From Patescibacteria group bacterium (GTDB lineage: Bacteria; Patescibacteriota; Patescibacteriia; UM-FILTER-42-10): a stretch of 64,000 nt of DNA. The notes beneath the pieces were generated by a model that was not told the DNA's origin, did no database searches, and worked only from the letters and a program-made list of their open reading frames with translations. Below are positions 27,829 through 37,076 of the stretch, one piece after another (position 1 is the first letter of the stretch; the number at the start of each line of letters is the position of its first letter). Location: assembly GCA_018825385.1 (NCBI GenBank), contig JAHJEX010000074.1, forward strand, positions 997 to 64,996, in the 5' to 3' direction. The translations under genes and the position numbers were made by a program.

Positions 27829-29592
27829 ATGACAGAACTTGAATTAAGAAATAAATTTTTAGAATACTTTCGAAAAAAGAAGCATGCAATAATTGCACCT
27901 GCTTCTTTGATTCCTGAAAATGATTCCTCTGTTTTGTTCACGACCGCCGGCATGCATCCTTTGGTGCCGTATTTATTGGGTGAGATACATCCTGAAGGGA
28001 AGCGTTTGGCGAATTTCCAGAAATGCATAAGAACTGGTGATATTGATGAAGTCGGTGATGATTGGCACCTTACTTTTTTTGAAATGCTTGGCAATTGGTC
28101 ACTGGGCGACTATTTCAAAAGTGAGTCTATTAAGTGGAGTTATGAATTCTTAACTAAGGAACTTGGAATTCCAAATGAAAAACTGGCTATTACAGTGTTT
28201 AAGGGAAACGACGATGCTCCTTTTGATAAGGAAAGTTTTGAGCTATGGAAGGACCAGGGAATTAGTGAAGACAAGATATACATGTATGGGAAAAGTGAAA
28301 ATTGGTGGGGCCCAGCCGGCATTACTGGTCCTTGCGGTCCTGATACGGAAATATTTTACATTACTAACAGAAATCCATGCAGCAAGGATTGCCAGCCAAG
28401 TTGCAACTGCGGAAAGTATAACGAGATCTGGAATAATGTATTTATGGAATACAACAAAATAAGTAATGGTGACTATGAACCCTTATCACAAAAAAATGTT
28501 GATACAGGAATGGGATTAGAAAGGACTGTTGCTATTTTGAATGGGAGGAACTCAGTATATGACATAGACTTATTTAAGCCCGTTTTTCAGAAACTGAGAC
28601 AACTATCTTCTATAACAGATTTAGTGGCAGAGCGCGTAGTTATTGACCATGTTCGATCAGCCTGTTTTTTGCTACTAGAAGATATTGTTCCTTCCAATGT
28701 TGATCAAGGCTATGTATTGAGAAGACTGATTAGACGTGCGATAAGGCAAGCGCGTAAACTTGGTATAAATACTAAGTTTACTCAAGATATTGCAAACGCA
28801 ATCTTCGAATCGCATATTGAATTATACCCCGAAATTAGCAAGAAGAAAGAATTTATTTTGACGGAAATGCAGAATGAAGAGGAAAAATTTGCAAGAACTT
28901 TGCAAAAAGGTTTAAAGGTGTTCGAAAAAGAGTTAGAAATATTTAAAAATTCAAAGAAAAAGGAAGATAAGTTCTCTGGTAAAGCTGCTTTTTACCTGTA
29001 TCAAACATACGGATTCCCAATCGAAATGATTGAGGAAGAGCTTAAGGATAATGACATTGAGCTAAATCGAAAGCAATTTGATACAGAGTCTAAAAATCAT
29101 CAGAAGCTTTCCCGAAATGGTGCGAAAAAAAAATTCGCAGGCGGATTAGCAGACCATTCTGATGAGACAATAAAACTTCATACGGCAACACATTTACTTC
29201 ATCAAGCTCTTCGATTAGTTTTAGGGGAACATGTAATGCAAAAGGGGAGCAATATAACAACTGAGCGTTTGAGGTTTGATTTCACGCATCCTCAAAAGTT
29301 GACTCCCGATGAGATTATCAAAGTTGAGACCCTTGTTAATGAACAGATACAACGAGCTTTGCCAGTAACTGTTACTGAAATTACGGTAGAAGAGGCTAAG
29401 CGGAAAAATGCGATCGGTTTGTTTGAAAAAAAATACGGTACGAAGGTCAAAGTCTATAAGGTAGGAGATTTTAGTATAGAAATATGTGGCGGTCCCCATG
29501 TAAGCACTACAAAAGAGCTAAATAGCTTTAGAATTATAAAAGAACAAGCTGTCTCCGCTGGAATTAGAAGGATTAAAGCAAAAGTGCAGTAA
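27829..29592 (+). CDS. alaS: Alanine--tRNA ligase, short form lacking the C-Ala domain
   Basis: LFTTAGM, HLTFFEMLGNWS, GPCGP, DTGMGLER, HTATHLLH and CGGPH motifs; ends at GIRRIKA. Confidence 0.96.
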   Translation: MTELELRNKFLEYFRKKKHAIIAPASLIPENDSSVLFTTAGMHPLVPYLLGEIHPEGKRLANFQKCIRTGDIDEVGDDWHLTFFEMLGNWSLGDYFKSESIKWSYEFLTKELGIPNEKLAITVFKGNDDAPFDKESFELWKDQGISEDKIYMYGKSENWWGPAGITGPCGPDTEIFYITNRNPCSKDCQPSCNCGKYNEIWNNVFMEYNKISNGDYEPLSQKNVDTGMGLERTVAILNGRNSVYDIDLFKPVFQKLRQLSSITDLVAERVVIDHVRSACFLLLEDIVPSNVDQGYVLRRLIRRAIRQARKLGINTKFTQDIANAIFESHIELYPEISKKKEFILTEMQNEEEKFARTLQKGLKVFEKELEIFKNSKKKEDKFSGKAAFYLYQTYGFPIEMIEEELKDNDIELNRKQFDTESKNHQKLSRNGAKKKFAGGLADHSDETIKLHTATHLLHQALRLVLGEHVMQKGSNITTERLRFDFTHPQKLTPDEIIKVETLVNEQIQRALPVTVTEITVEEAKRKNAIGLFEKKYGTKVKVYKVGDFSIEICGGPHVSTTKELNSFRIIKEQAVSAGIRRIKAKVQ

Positions 29593-29630
29593 TTACTAAT
29601 ATTGCTAAAGTTAGCTAAATACTAGCTTTC

Positions 29631-29658
29631 TTGACAGTTTTTCAACTCATGTTATAAT
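29631..29658 (+). promoter_or_regulatory. Sigma-70 promoter of the infA/alpha operon
   Basis: TTGACA-16 nt-TATAAT with an extended TG. Confidence 0.7.
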
Positions 29659-29776
29659 GAGTCATACTTATGCAAACAGATGAGTTACTGCAGAACAAGG
29701 CAAATAAAATACAAATGTATTAATTCTTGTCCTATATGCAGGGGGCAAAGATTTTATTTTAGGTCTAAAACATAAT

Positions 29777-30055
29777 ATGCCTGAAAACGGTACACAAAAT
29801 ACAGATTCTGCTGAGGACAAAGGAAAGTCAAAAGCTTCAACAAATAAAAAAGGTTTTATTGAAGTTACTGGTGTGGTGGAAGAGCTTCTGCCCAGTACAA
29901 CTTTTAAAGTTAAACTTGAAAACGGCCATGAAATATTGGCTCATTTATCAGGAAAAATGCGCATGCATAGGATAAGAATTCTACCTGGTGACGAGGTAAC
30001 GGTGGAAATAACTCCGTATGACCTGACTAAGGGTAGAATAACTTATAGAAAATAA
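29777..30055 (+). CDS. infA: Translation initiation factor IF-1
   Basis: [41 protein letters not shown]. Confidence 0.97.
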   Translation: MPENGTQNTDSAEDKGKSKASTNKKGFIEVTGVVEELLPSTTFKVKLENGHEILAHLSGKMRMHRIRILPGDEVTVEITPYDLTKGRITYRK

Positions 30056-30066
30056 ATCGGTTCTAC

Positions 30067-30180
30067 ATGAAAGTACGTGCTTCCGTAAAAAAAATGTGTA
30101 AAAAATGTAAAGTAACTCGACGAAAAGGCCGAGTCGTTGTGATATGTGAGAATCCCAAACATAAGCAGCGACAAGGATAA
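30067..30180 (+). CDS. rpmJ: 50S ribosomal protein L36
   Basis: Below the ORF-track cutoff; manual translation gives [37 protein letters not shown]. Confidence 0.97.
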   Translation: MKVRASVKKMCKKCKVTRRKGRVVVICENPKHKQRQG

Positions 30181-30186
30181 AAAGAT

Positions 30187-30576
30187 ATGGCAAGAATAGC
30201 AGGGGTAACTCTCCCGAAGGAAAAAACAATAGAGACAGCGCTAACATATATTTTTGGAATTGGAATAGTTTCATCTCAAAAGATTTTGAAGCAGGCAAAC
30301 ATTAAGCCCGGAATAAGGACCGGAGAGCTATCTGATGATCAGGCTAATGCATTGAGAGAAATTATTGAAAAAAACCACAAGGTAGAAGGTGATTTAAAAC
30401 GCGAAATTCTAACTAATATTAAAAGGCTGAAAGAGACAAACAGTTATCGTGGGTCCCGTCATGCCAAGGGGCTACCTGTGCGTGGTCAGAGAACAAAGAC
30501 AAATACACGCACTGTTCGTGGAAATGTCCGCAAAACTGTTGCTAGTGGTAGAAAACAAGCTGATCAAAAAACATAA
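30187..30576 (+). CDS. rpsM: 30S ribosomal protein S13
   Basis: [28 protein letters not shown]. Confidence 0.98.
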   Translation: MARIAGVTLPKEKTIETALTYIFGIGIVSSQKILKQANIKPGIRTGELSDDQANALREIIEKNHKVEGDLKREILTNIKRLKETNSYRGSRHAKGLPVRGQRTKTNTRTVRGNVRKTVASGRKQADQKT

Positions 30577-30590
30577 GATTAAATTAAAAT

Positions 30591-30980
30591 ATGGCTACAG
30601 CAAAACCAGCAAAAAGAAAGAAGAAAAATAGGGTACTTACCAGTGGGCAAGTTCATGTGCAAGCAACTTATAATAATACCATTGTTACGCTTTGTGATAT
30701 GAATGGTGATGTTGTTGCTTGGGCCTCTGCTGGAGTTGCTGGATTTAAGGGACCAAAAAAAGCAACCCCATATGCAGCAGGTGTCATTGTGCGAAATTTG
30801 CTTGATAAAGTCGCTGACTGTGGCCTTCGCGAAGTGAATGTATTTATCAAAGGTGTTGGTAGTGGCCGAGAAGCAGCAATTCGAGCCCTAAGCGCCCAGG
30901 GTATAAATATTTTGTCAATTAAAGACGTAACTCCAATTCCTCATAATGGACCACGTCCACGTAAACCAAGGAGAGTATAG
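30591..30980 (+). CDS. rpsK: 30S ribosomal protein S11
   Basis: ATYNNTIVT, GFKG.KKATPYAA, DVTPIPHNG. Confidence 0.98.
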   Translation: MATAKPAKRKKKNRVLTSGQVHVQATYNNTIVTLCDMNGDVVAWASAGVAGFKGPKKATPYAAGVIVRNLLDKVADCGLREVNVFIKGVGSGREAAIRALSAQGINILSIKDVTPIPHNGPRPRKPRRV

Positions 30981-30982
30981 CT

Positions 30983-31609
30983 ATGGCCCGAAATCTTGAT
31001 CCAAAATGCAAAAGATGCAGAAGAGAGGGTGAAAAGCTCTTTTTAAAAGGTGAGAAATGTTTTTCGCCAAAATGTCCGATGGTTAAAAGGAACTATCCTC
31101 CTGGAATGCATGGACCGAAGCAGCATAGAGCTCGTCGAACACAATATGGTATTCAGCTAAGGGAAAAACAAAAGGTCAAAACTATTTACGCGGTTCTAGA
31201 GCGACAATTCAGAAATTATGTACTTAAGGCGATGAAAAATGATGGTGACAGCGGTGAAAACCTGATGAAAATGTTAGAATCTAGGCTTGATAATGTTGTT
31301 TATAGATTTGGCTTTGCAATGTCGAGGGGCGTAGCTCGCCAATTAGTTTCGCATAATCATATCTTAATCAATGGAAAGTCAGTAAATATTCCTTCTTATA
31401 ACGTGAAGATGGGCGATAAAGTTTCAATTAGAGAAAAAAGTAAGAAGATGTTTGAAAATTTGGATAAAAGTACGCAGAAGAGCGAAACTCCTACCTGGCT
31501 AGAATGTGATTTGAAAGGGCTGGAAGGCAAGGTCTTGGGTGCCCCTGCTTATGATGATATAAAACAAAATATTAATATCCCATTAATTATAGAATTTTAT
31601 TCTCGATAA
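30983..31609 (+). CDS. rpsD: 30S ribosomal protein S4 (zinc-binding type)
   Basis: CKRCRREG, PPGMHG, QLREKQK, ESRLDNVVYR, IEFYSR. Confidence 0.98.
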   Translation: MARNLDPKCKRCRREGEKLFLKGEKCFSPKCPMVKRNYPPGMHGPKQHRARRTQYGIQLREKQKVKTIYAVLERQFRNYVLKAMKNDGDSGENLMKMLESRLDNVVYRFGFAMSRGVARQLVSHNHILINGKSVNIPSYNVKMGDKVSIREKSKKMFENLDKSTQKSETPTWLECDLKGLEGKVLGAPAYDDIKQNINIPLIIEFYSR

Positions 31610-31637
31610 CTATTTGATAACTTAATTATCTAGACAC

Positions 31638-32432
31638 ATGATAGAAATCCAACTTCCTCAACAAATAAAATATACTGAAACGGACGAAAAATCTGGAATT
31701 ATAGTGGTTGAACCACTACATCCTGGATATGGTTTAACAATAGGAAATGCACTCCGCAGAGTACTCATATCATCACTGCCGGGATCTGCTGTAACAGGCA
31801 TTAAGATCAAGGGTGCTGACCATGAATTCTCGACTATTGATCATATAAAAGAGGATGTAGTAGATATAATTTTGAATATCAAGCAGTTGCACCTCAAGCT
31901 AATAAGCGGGGACATCGCAACAATAAACTTGAAGGTTAAGGGTGAAAAAATTGTTACTGCCGCAGACATTAAGGAGACAGCAGATGTCGAAATTACTAAC
32001 AAAGAACTCGTAATAGCGACCCTAACTGATAAAACTGCTGAACTAGATATGGAGCTAACCGTAGAGAACGGACTTGGATATTTTCCTGTGGAATCACGAG
32101 AGAAAGAAAAATCTGAAATTGGGGTAATTGCAATAGATGCAATATTTACCCCGGTTTTGAAAGCACGTTTTGATATTGAGAATGTCCGTGTAGGTAAAAT
32201 TACCAACTACGACAAATTAACGCTTGAGATTGTAACCGATGGAACTCTAACACCAACAGAAGTGTTCAAAAGCGCTTCTGCGATACTGGTAGATCACTTT
32301 GATTTTCTTAAAACCTATGACAAGAAAAAAGAAACAAAGAAAGTCAAAGAAGAAAAGGGTAGTGAGGACGATAAAGACACAGAGCAGTTGGAGGAAGATG
32401 AGAAAAAAGATAAAGATGTAGCTAAAAAGTAG
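31638..32432 (+). CDS. rpoA: RNA polymerase alpha subunit (N-terminal domain only, with a charged tail)
   Basis: EPLHPGYGLTIGNALRRVL, HEFSTI, IDAIFTPV and RVG..TNYDKL motifs; 264 aa. Confidence 0.96.
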   Translation: MIEIQLPQQIKYTETDEKSGIIVVEPLHPGYGLTIGNALRRVLISSLPGSAVTGIKIKGADHEFSTIDHIKEDVVDIILNIKQLHLKLISGDIATINLKVKGEKIVTAADIKETADVEITNKELVIATLTDKTAELDMELTVENGLGYFPVESREKEKSEIGVIAIDAIFTPVLKARFDIENVRVGKITNYDKLTLEIVTDGTLTPTEVFKSASAILVDHFDFLKTYDKKKETKKVKEEKGSEDDKDTEQLEEDEKKDKDVAKK

Positions 32433-32440
32433 ATTGTAGT

Positions 32441-32809
32441 ATGAGACACAAAAAATCAAAAGGAATTTTAGATAGAAAAAAGGCTTCGAGAAAAGCTTTG
32501 ATGAGAAGTCTCGCCGAGAGTCTTGTTGTACAAGAAAAAATAACAACTACACATGCAAAGGCAAAGAATCTGAGGTCTTATGTAGAAAAACTGATCACTT
32601 TGGCCAAGGATGAAAATGTTTTGAATAGAAGGACTGTAATTAAATCATTATATACCGAACGTGCTATAAAAAAGTTATTTGTTCTGGGCACAAGATTTAA
32701 GGATAGACCGGGCGGTTATACAAGAATCACAAAGATTGGGAATAGAAAAGGAGATAACGCATCTATGGTAAAAATTGAATTAGTATCTCAAAATGAAAAG
32801 CAAAAATAG
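32441..32809 (+). CDS. rplQ: 50S ribosomal protein L17
   Basis: MRHKK, ITTT.AKAK, RPGGYTRI.K, R.GDNA. Confidence 0.97.
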   Translation: MRHKKSKGILDRKKASRKALMRSLAESLVVQEKITTTHAKAKNLRSYVEKLITLAKDENVLNRRTVIKSLYTERAIKKLFVLGTRFKDRPGGYTRITKIGNRKGDNASMVKIELVSQNEKQK

Positions 32810-33170
32810 TAACGTGGCTCCAAAACCACATGTATATAGAATCGATGCTGAAGGTAAGCCTTTAGGTAGAGTGGCGTCTGACATTGCCTTTTCTGTGCAG
32901 GGAAAGCGACTTGTTGAATATTCACCAGAAAAGCTATCGAATGTTGTTGTAGTTGTTTCAAACGCGAATAAAATTGTAACTACTGGAAATAAATTAGCGT
33001 CAAAACTTTATCATAAATATAGTGGATATCCAGGCGGGATAACAACAAGAAACATGGAAGAGTTATTTACTAAAGACCCTGAACAGTTTTTATTAAAAGT
33101 TGTGAGAAATATGCTGCCAAAAAATAAATTGCGCCCAAGAATGTTAAAAAAAATTCAGTTTAAAAAATAG
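32793..33170 (+). CDS. rplM: 50S ribosomal protein L13 (C-terminally short)
   Basis: IDAEGKPLGRVAS, YHKYSGYPGG, MLPKNKL. Confidence 0.95.
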   Translation: MKSKNSNVAPKPHVYRIDAEGKPLGRVASDIAFSVQGKRLVEYSPEKLSNVVVVVSNANKIVTTGNKLASKLYHKYSGYPGGITTRNMEELFTKDPEQFLLKVVRNMLPKNKLRPRMLKKIQFKK

Positions 33171-33176
33171 ATCTGT

Positions 33177-33680
33177 ATGACTCCTACTAAAAAAACTACG
33201 GCAAAAACTACTGCTACAAAAAAAAGAGGGAGGCCTCGAAAAAGAGTAGTAGAGAAAAAAGTGACAGAACCAAAGAAAAAGAATGTCATAAAGCGTGATT
33301 ATCTTTTTGCTGTGGGAAGAAGAAAGGAATCAGTTGCCAGAGTAAGACTGTATCAGAAGAAGCAGGGAGATATCGAAATAAACACTAAGAAATTTGAGGA
33401 TTATTTTCCGACTTTAAATTTGCAAAAAATTGTAAAAATGCCTATAGAACTTGTTTCTCAGGAACCTGGCAAAATTACCGTAAAAGTGTCAGGTGGAGGA
33501 AAGCACGGTCAGGCGGAAGCTGTTCGACTGGGGATTGCAAGAGTTTTAGAAAAATTCAATCCGGAGCTCAGAGTACAATTAAAAAAAGCGGGGTTTCTAA
33601 AACGTGACCCTCGAGTTAAAGAAAGAAAGAAATACGGCCTAAAGAAGGCAAGAAGAGCTCCGCAATGGGCAAAACGATAA
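33177..33680 (+). CDS. rpsI: 30S ribosomal protein S9 with a basic N-terminal extension
   Basis: GRRKESVARV, GGG..GQAEA, RD.R.KERKKYGLKKARRAPQW.KR. Confidence 0.97.
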   Translation: MTPTKKTTAKTTATKKRGRPRKRVVEKKVTEPKKKNVIKRDYLFAVGRRKESVARVRLYQKKQGDIEINTKKFEDYFPTLNLQKIVKMPIELVSQEPGKITVKVSGGGKHGQAEAVRLGIARVLEKFNPELRVQLKKAGFLKRDPRVKERKKYGLKKARRAPQWAKR

Positions 33681-33690
33681 TGCAATTTCA

Positions 33691-35145
33691 ATGGAGAAAT
33701 CCTCAAATGGCAAAATAGCCCGAAATACAACCTTTTTGACAGGAGCCTTTATTTTTCAAAAGGTTCTGTCTTTTTTTTATTTTGCATATATTTCACGACA
33801 GTTAGGTAGCGAAAGTATAGGAAAATATGTTTGGGCACTATCTTTCGCAGGAATTTTCGCACTCTTTATTGAGTTTGGATTAGGCCCGGTGCTTACGCGC
33901 GAAATATCCAGAGACTATAGCAAGGCAAGAGAATATTTATCTTCTGTCCTCGGCATTAAAATAGTTTTTTCCTTAATAACCGTTACTGCTCTTCTAATTT
34001 CAGCATATGCAATCGGCAGAGATGCTCTTACAATGCAAATTATTTGTATTGCTGTAGCAATAATCGTCCTGGATTCATTTACTTTTTCATTTTATTCTAT
34101 TTTCAGAGCCTACCAAAAATTGCATTTTGAGGCTATCGGGTTAACAATTTATCAAGCGTTAATTGTAGGATCAGGTGTCGCTGGTATTGTGTATGGACTT
34201 TCTGTAAAAGGTGTTGTTTTGGCAGTTTTGATTGGAAGTGTATTCAATTTTGCTTATTCACTTTCTCTGGTTGTTTTTAAAGCTAAGCTTCGTCCAAGGA
34301 TACGCTGGAATACTAAAGTAGTGAAGCTTCTTTTGAAAATTGCTATTCCGTTTGCTATAGCAGGAATATTTTTCAAATTGAATAATGAGATAGACAAAGT
34401 TTTACTTGGTATATTGGCAGGGGATAAGTATGTAGGATGGTATTCGATTGCTTCGAAATTCAATATGTCGCTAACATTTATTCCGGGTGCTTTTGCGACG
34501 AGTTTTTTTCCTGCTATGAGCCGATATTACCTGACTTCAAAAAGTGAATTGGCGCACACTTTCGAAAAAGCTATGATATATCTTATGGCAGTTAGCTTAC
34601 CGATTGCCGCGGGTTCTTTTGTTCTTGCAGATAGAATAATATTGAAGCTCTATGGGCCAGCATTTGAAGCATCAATTTTGGCATTTCAAATAATTATATC
34701 CGGTCTTGTATTTGTCTTCTTGAATTATCCTGTAGGAAATTTTCTTAACGCGTGCAACAAGCAAAAATTAAACACGATTAATATGGGAATCGCTACTGCT
34801 GTTAATATTATTCTAAATGTTGTACTAATCCCAAGATATACATATATTGGTGCAAGTATCGCTGCAGTAACAAGTGCAGTTGTGCTAGTCTCACTTGGCA
34901 TGCCATGGGTGAGCAAGATCGCACCATACAGCAAGAAGCTTCTATTATCAAAATTTATAAAGCTTGTATTTTCGAGTGGTTCAATGGGAATTCTGCTTTA
35001 CCTCTTTCGGGATACATTCTCAGTCTTATTGCTTATGCCAATTGGCATGGTAATCTATTTCGTACTAATTTTTGCTGTCCGAGCAGTCACAATAAAAGAT
35101 GTGACGGCAGTTTTTCGTGCAGTGTTTAGAAAGCAAAATGCTTAA
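33691..35145 (+). CDS. Wzx/MOP-family polysaccharide flippase
   Basis: About 14 TM segments; IARNT, EFGL....TREIS, DKVLL and VGWYS.A motifs. Confidence 0.88.
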   Translation: MEKSSNGKIARNTTFLTGAFIFQKVLSFFYFAYISRQLGSESIGKYVWALSFAGIFALFIEFGLGPVLTREISRDYSKAREYLSSVLGIKIVFSLITVTALLISAYAIGRDALTMQIICIAVAIIVLDSFTFSFYSIFRAYQKLHFEAIGLTIYQALIVGSGVAGIVYGLSVKGVVLAVLIGSVFNFAYSLSLVVFKAKLRPRIRWNTKVVKLLLKIAIPFAIAGIFFKLNNEIDKVLLGILAGDKYVGWYSIASKFNMSLTFIPGAFATSFFPAMSRYYLTSKSELAHTFEKAMIYLMAVSLPIAAGSFVLADRIILKLYGPAFEASILAFQIIISGLVFVFLNYPVGNFLNACNKQKLNTINMGIATAVNIILNVVLIPRYTYIGASIAAVTSAVVLVSLGMPWVSKIAPYSKKLLLSKFIKLVFSSGSMGILLYLFRDTFSVLLLMPIGMVIYFVLIFAVRAVTIKDVTAVFRAVFRKQNA

Positions 35146-36268
35146 AACACTTTTAATTACAACTGATTTTCCACCGCGCATTGGTGGTGTGGCAGAATAT
35201 CTTTCACAAATTTCTTCGCGTTTACCCTCATCAAGCATTTCAGTTTTTGCTCAGCCAGAAAAAGACTCTGGAAAGTTTGATAGTGAGCAGCATTATAGAA
35301 TATATAGAGAAAATTTTTATTTTACCAGTCATTTTATTTGGCCAAAATGGCTTTTGCTACTATTTAGTGCGCGGAAACTGATAAAAAAAGACGGTTTTCA
35401 GCAAATACTAGTAGGTCAGATTTTGCCAGTTGGGACAGTTGCTTTGTTAATTAATCTTTTTTTTGGCATCCCATATGTTGTCTCAACACACGCGATGGAT
35501 ATTACTATCTTGTCAAACTCACGAAAAAAAACTAGGCTCGCAAAAGAAATTTTAAAACATAGCAGGCAAATTGTTACGGTAAGTCATTTTACAAAGAAAA
35601 AACTGACTGAACTTGGCGTAGAGGAGGAAAAGATTTGCATAATTTCACCTGGCACGGATTTATTGGAGCGCAATACTGAAGATTTTCAGGATAGGATAAT
35701 TGAAGAGTTTGGCCTAAATGGAAAGCGGATACTTCTCACCGTTGGTAGAATTGTTGAAAGAAAGGGTCATATTGAGGTACTAAAATCACTTCCTTTTATA
35801 ATAAAAAAAATCCCGAATACCCATTATATAATAACTTCAAATGGACCGTATAAAAAAGATTTGGAAATATTCATTGACAAAAACCACCTTCGCAATTATG
35901 TCACATTTGTAGGAGAAGTTTCAAGAGATCAGTTGTCTAGCTTCTATCGTCTGGCTGAAGTATTTGTTATGCCAACTATCATGTTAGCTAATAGTGATGT
36001 TGAGGGTTTTGGGATTGTCTATCTTGAAGCAAATGCATTTGGAAAACCTGTTGTCGGCTATGATACAGGGGGCGTGGGTGATGCGATTGTAAACAGAAAA
36101 ACAGGCATTTTAATTGAGCCAAGGAACCCGAGTGAAATCGCAAAAAATATTATCAGACTATTCGAAGATACAAATTACGCAAATAAGCTTGGAAAGCAGG
36201 GCAGGATCCGAGTGGAAAGCGAATTTACATGGGAAGTAAGGGCTGAAAAATTTAAGGATATATTGTAA
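35138..36268 (+). CDS. Glycosyltransferase family 4
   Basis: DFPPRIGG, VGRIVERKG, EGFGIVYLEA and GGVGDAI motifs. Confidence 0.92.
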   Translation: MLKTLLITTDFPPRIGGVAEYLSQISSRLPSSSISVFAQPEKDSGKFDSEQHYRIYRENFYFTSHFIWPKWLLLLFSARKLIKKDGFQQILVGQILPVGTVALLINLFFGIPYVVSTHAMDITILSNSRKKTRLAKEILKHSRQIVTVSHFTKKKLTELGVEEEKICIISPGTDLLERNTEDFQDRIIEEFGLNGKRILLTVGRIVERKGHIEVLKSLPFIIKKIPNTHYIITSNGPYKKDLEIFIDKNHLRNYVTFVGEVSRDQLSSFYRLAEVFVMPTIMLANSDVEGFGIVYLEANAFGKPVVGYDTGGVGDAIVNRKTGILIEPRNPSEIAKNIIRLFEDTNYANKLGKQGRIRVESEFTWEVRAEKFKDIL

Positions 36269-36280
36269 ATCACTCAATAT

Positions 36281-36312
36281 AGCCTGAGGACACTACTTAC
36301 CTCGGGTTTTTG
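36281..36312 (+). terminator. Rho-independent terminator
   Basis: AGCCTGAGG...CCTCGGGTT followed by T residues. Confidence 0.55.
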
Positions 36313-36365
36313 CTTTTTAGTTTTCCCCTTCTCAAACATTGAGTTTCGATTTATGATAGTTATGT

Positions 36366-37076
36366 ATGAACAATGAAGCTATGATCAGTATAATAGTTCC
36401 AGCTTATCAGCACGGGAATTCAATAAAAGAGTGTTTAGATGCTCTATATGCTCAAACTTATGATGATTTTGAAGTCATTGTTGTTAATGATGGCTCAACG
36501 GATCACACAGCAGCGATTTTGCAGGCCTATGAGCATCCTGTACGGATTATTTATCAAGAGAATTCAGGTGCAAATATTGCAAGGAATCGAGGTTTTCGGG
36601 AAGCACAAGGCAAATATCTTCTGTTCTGTGATGCAGATGTTGTTGCCAATCCTGAAATGCTGATAAAAATGAAAACTGCCCTTGATAATGATCAGAAAGC
36701 AGCTTATTCTTATTGTGATTTTATGTGGGGAATTAAAGCTTTTAAACTTTTTCCATTTAGTTCAGATGAATTACGGAATAAGAATTATATTCATACAACA
36801 TCGCTTATTAGGAAAATATACTTTACGGGTTTTGATGAGTCAATAAAGCGATTGCAAGATTGGGATTTGTGGCTAACTATGATGGAAGCAGGGCATACTG
36901 GAACACATATTCCTGAAACACTTTTTACTGTTAAACCAAGAAAAAGTGGAATGTCAGGATGGTTACCTTCACTTGTATACAAAATTCCTTGGCAAAAAAT
37001 CGGAATAAAAATTAAGCGTCTTGAGAGTTTTAGAATTGCTGAGGAGGTTATTAAGAAAAAGCATTCACTGTTTTAG
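36366..37076 (+). CDS. Glycosyltransferase family 2
   Basis: SIIVPAY, VNDGSTD, ARNRG, DAD and QDWDLW motifs. Confidence 0.92.
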   Translation: MNNEAMISIIVPAYQHGNSIKECLDALYAQTYDDFEVIVVNDGSTDHTAAILQAYEHPVRIIYQENSGANIARNRGFREAQGKYLLFCDADVVANPEMLIKMKTALDNDQKAAYSYCDFMWGIKAFKLFPFSSDELRNKNYIHTTSLIRKIYFTGFDESIKRLQDWDLWLTMMEAGHTGTHIPETLFTVKPRKSGMSGWLPSLVYKIPWQKIGIKIKRLESFRIAEEVIKKKHSLF

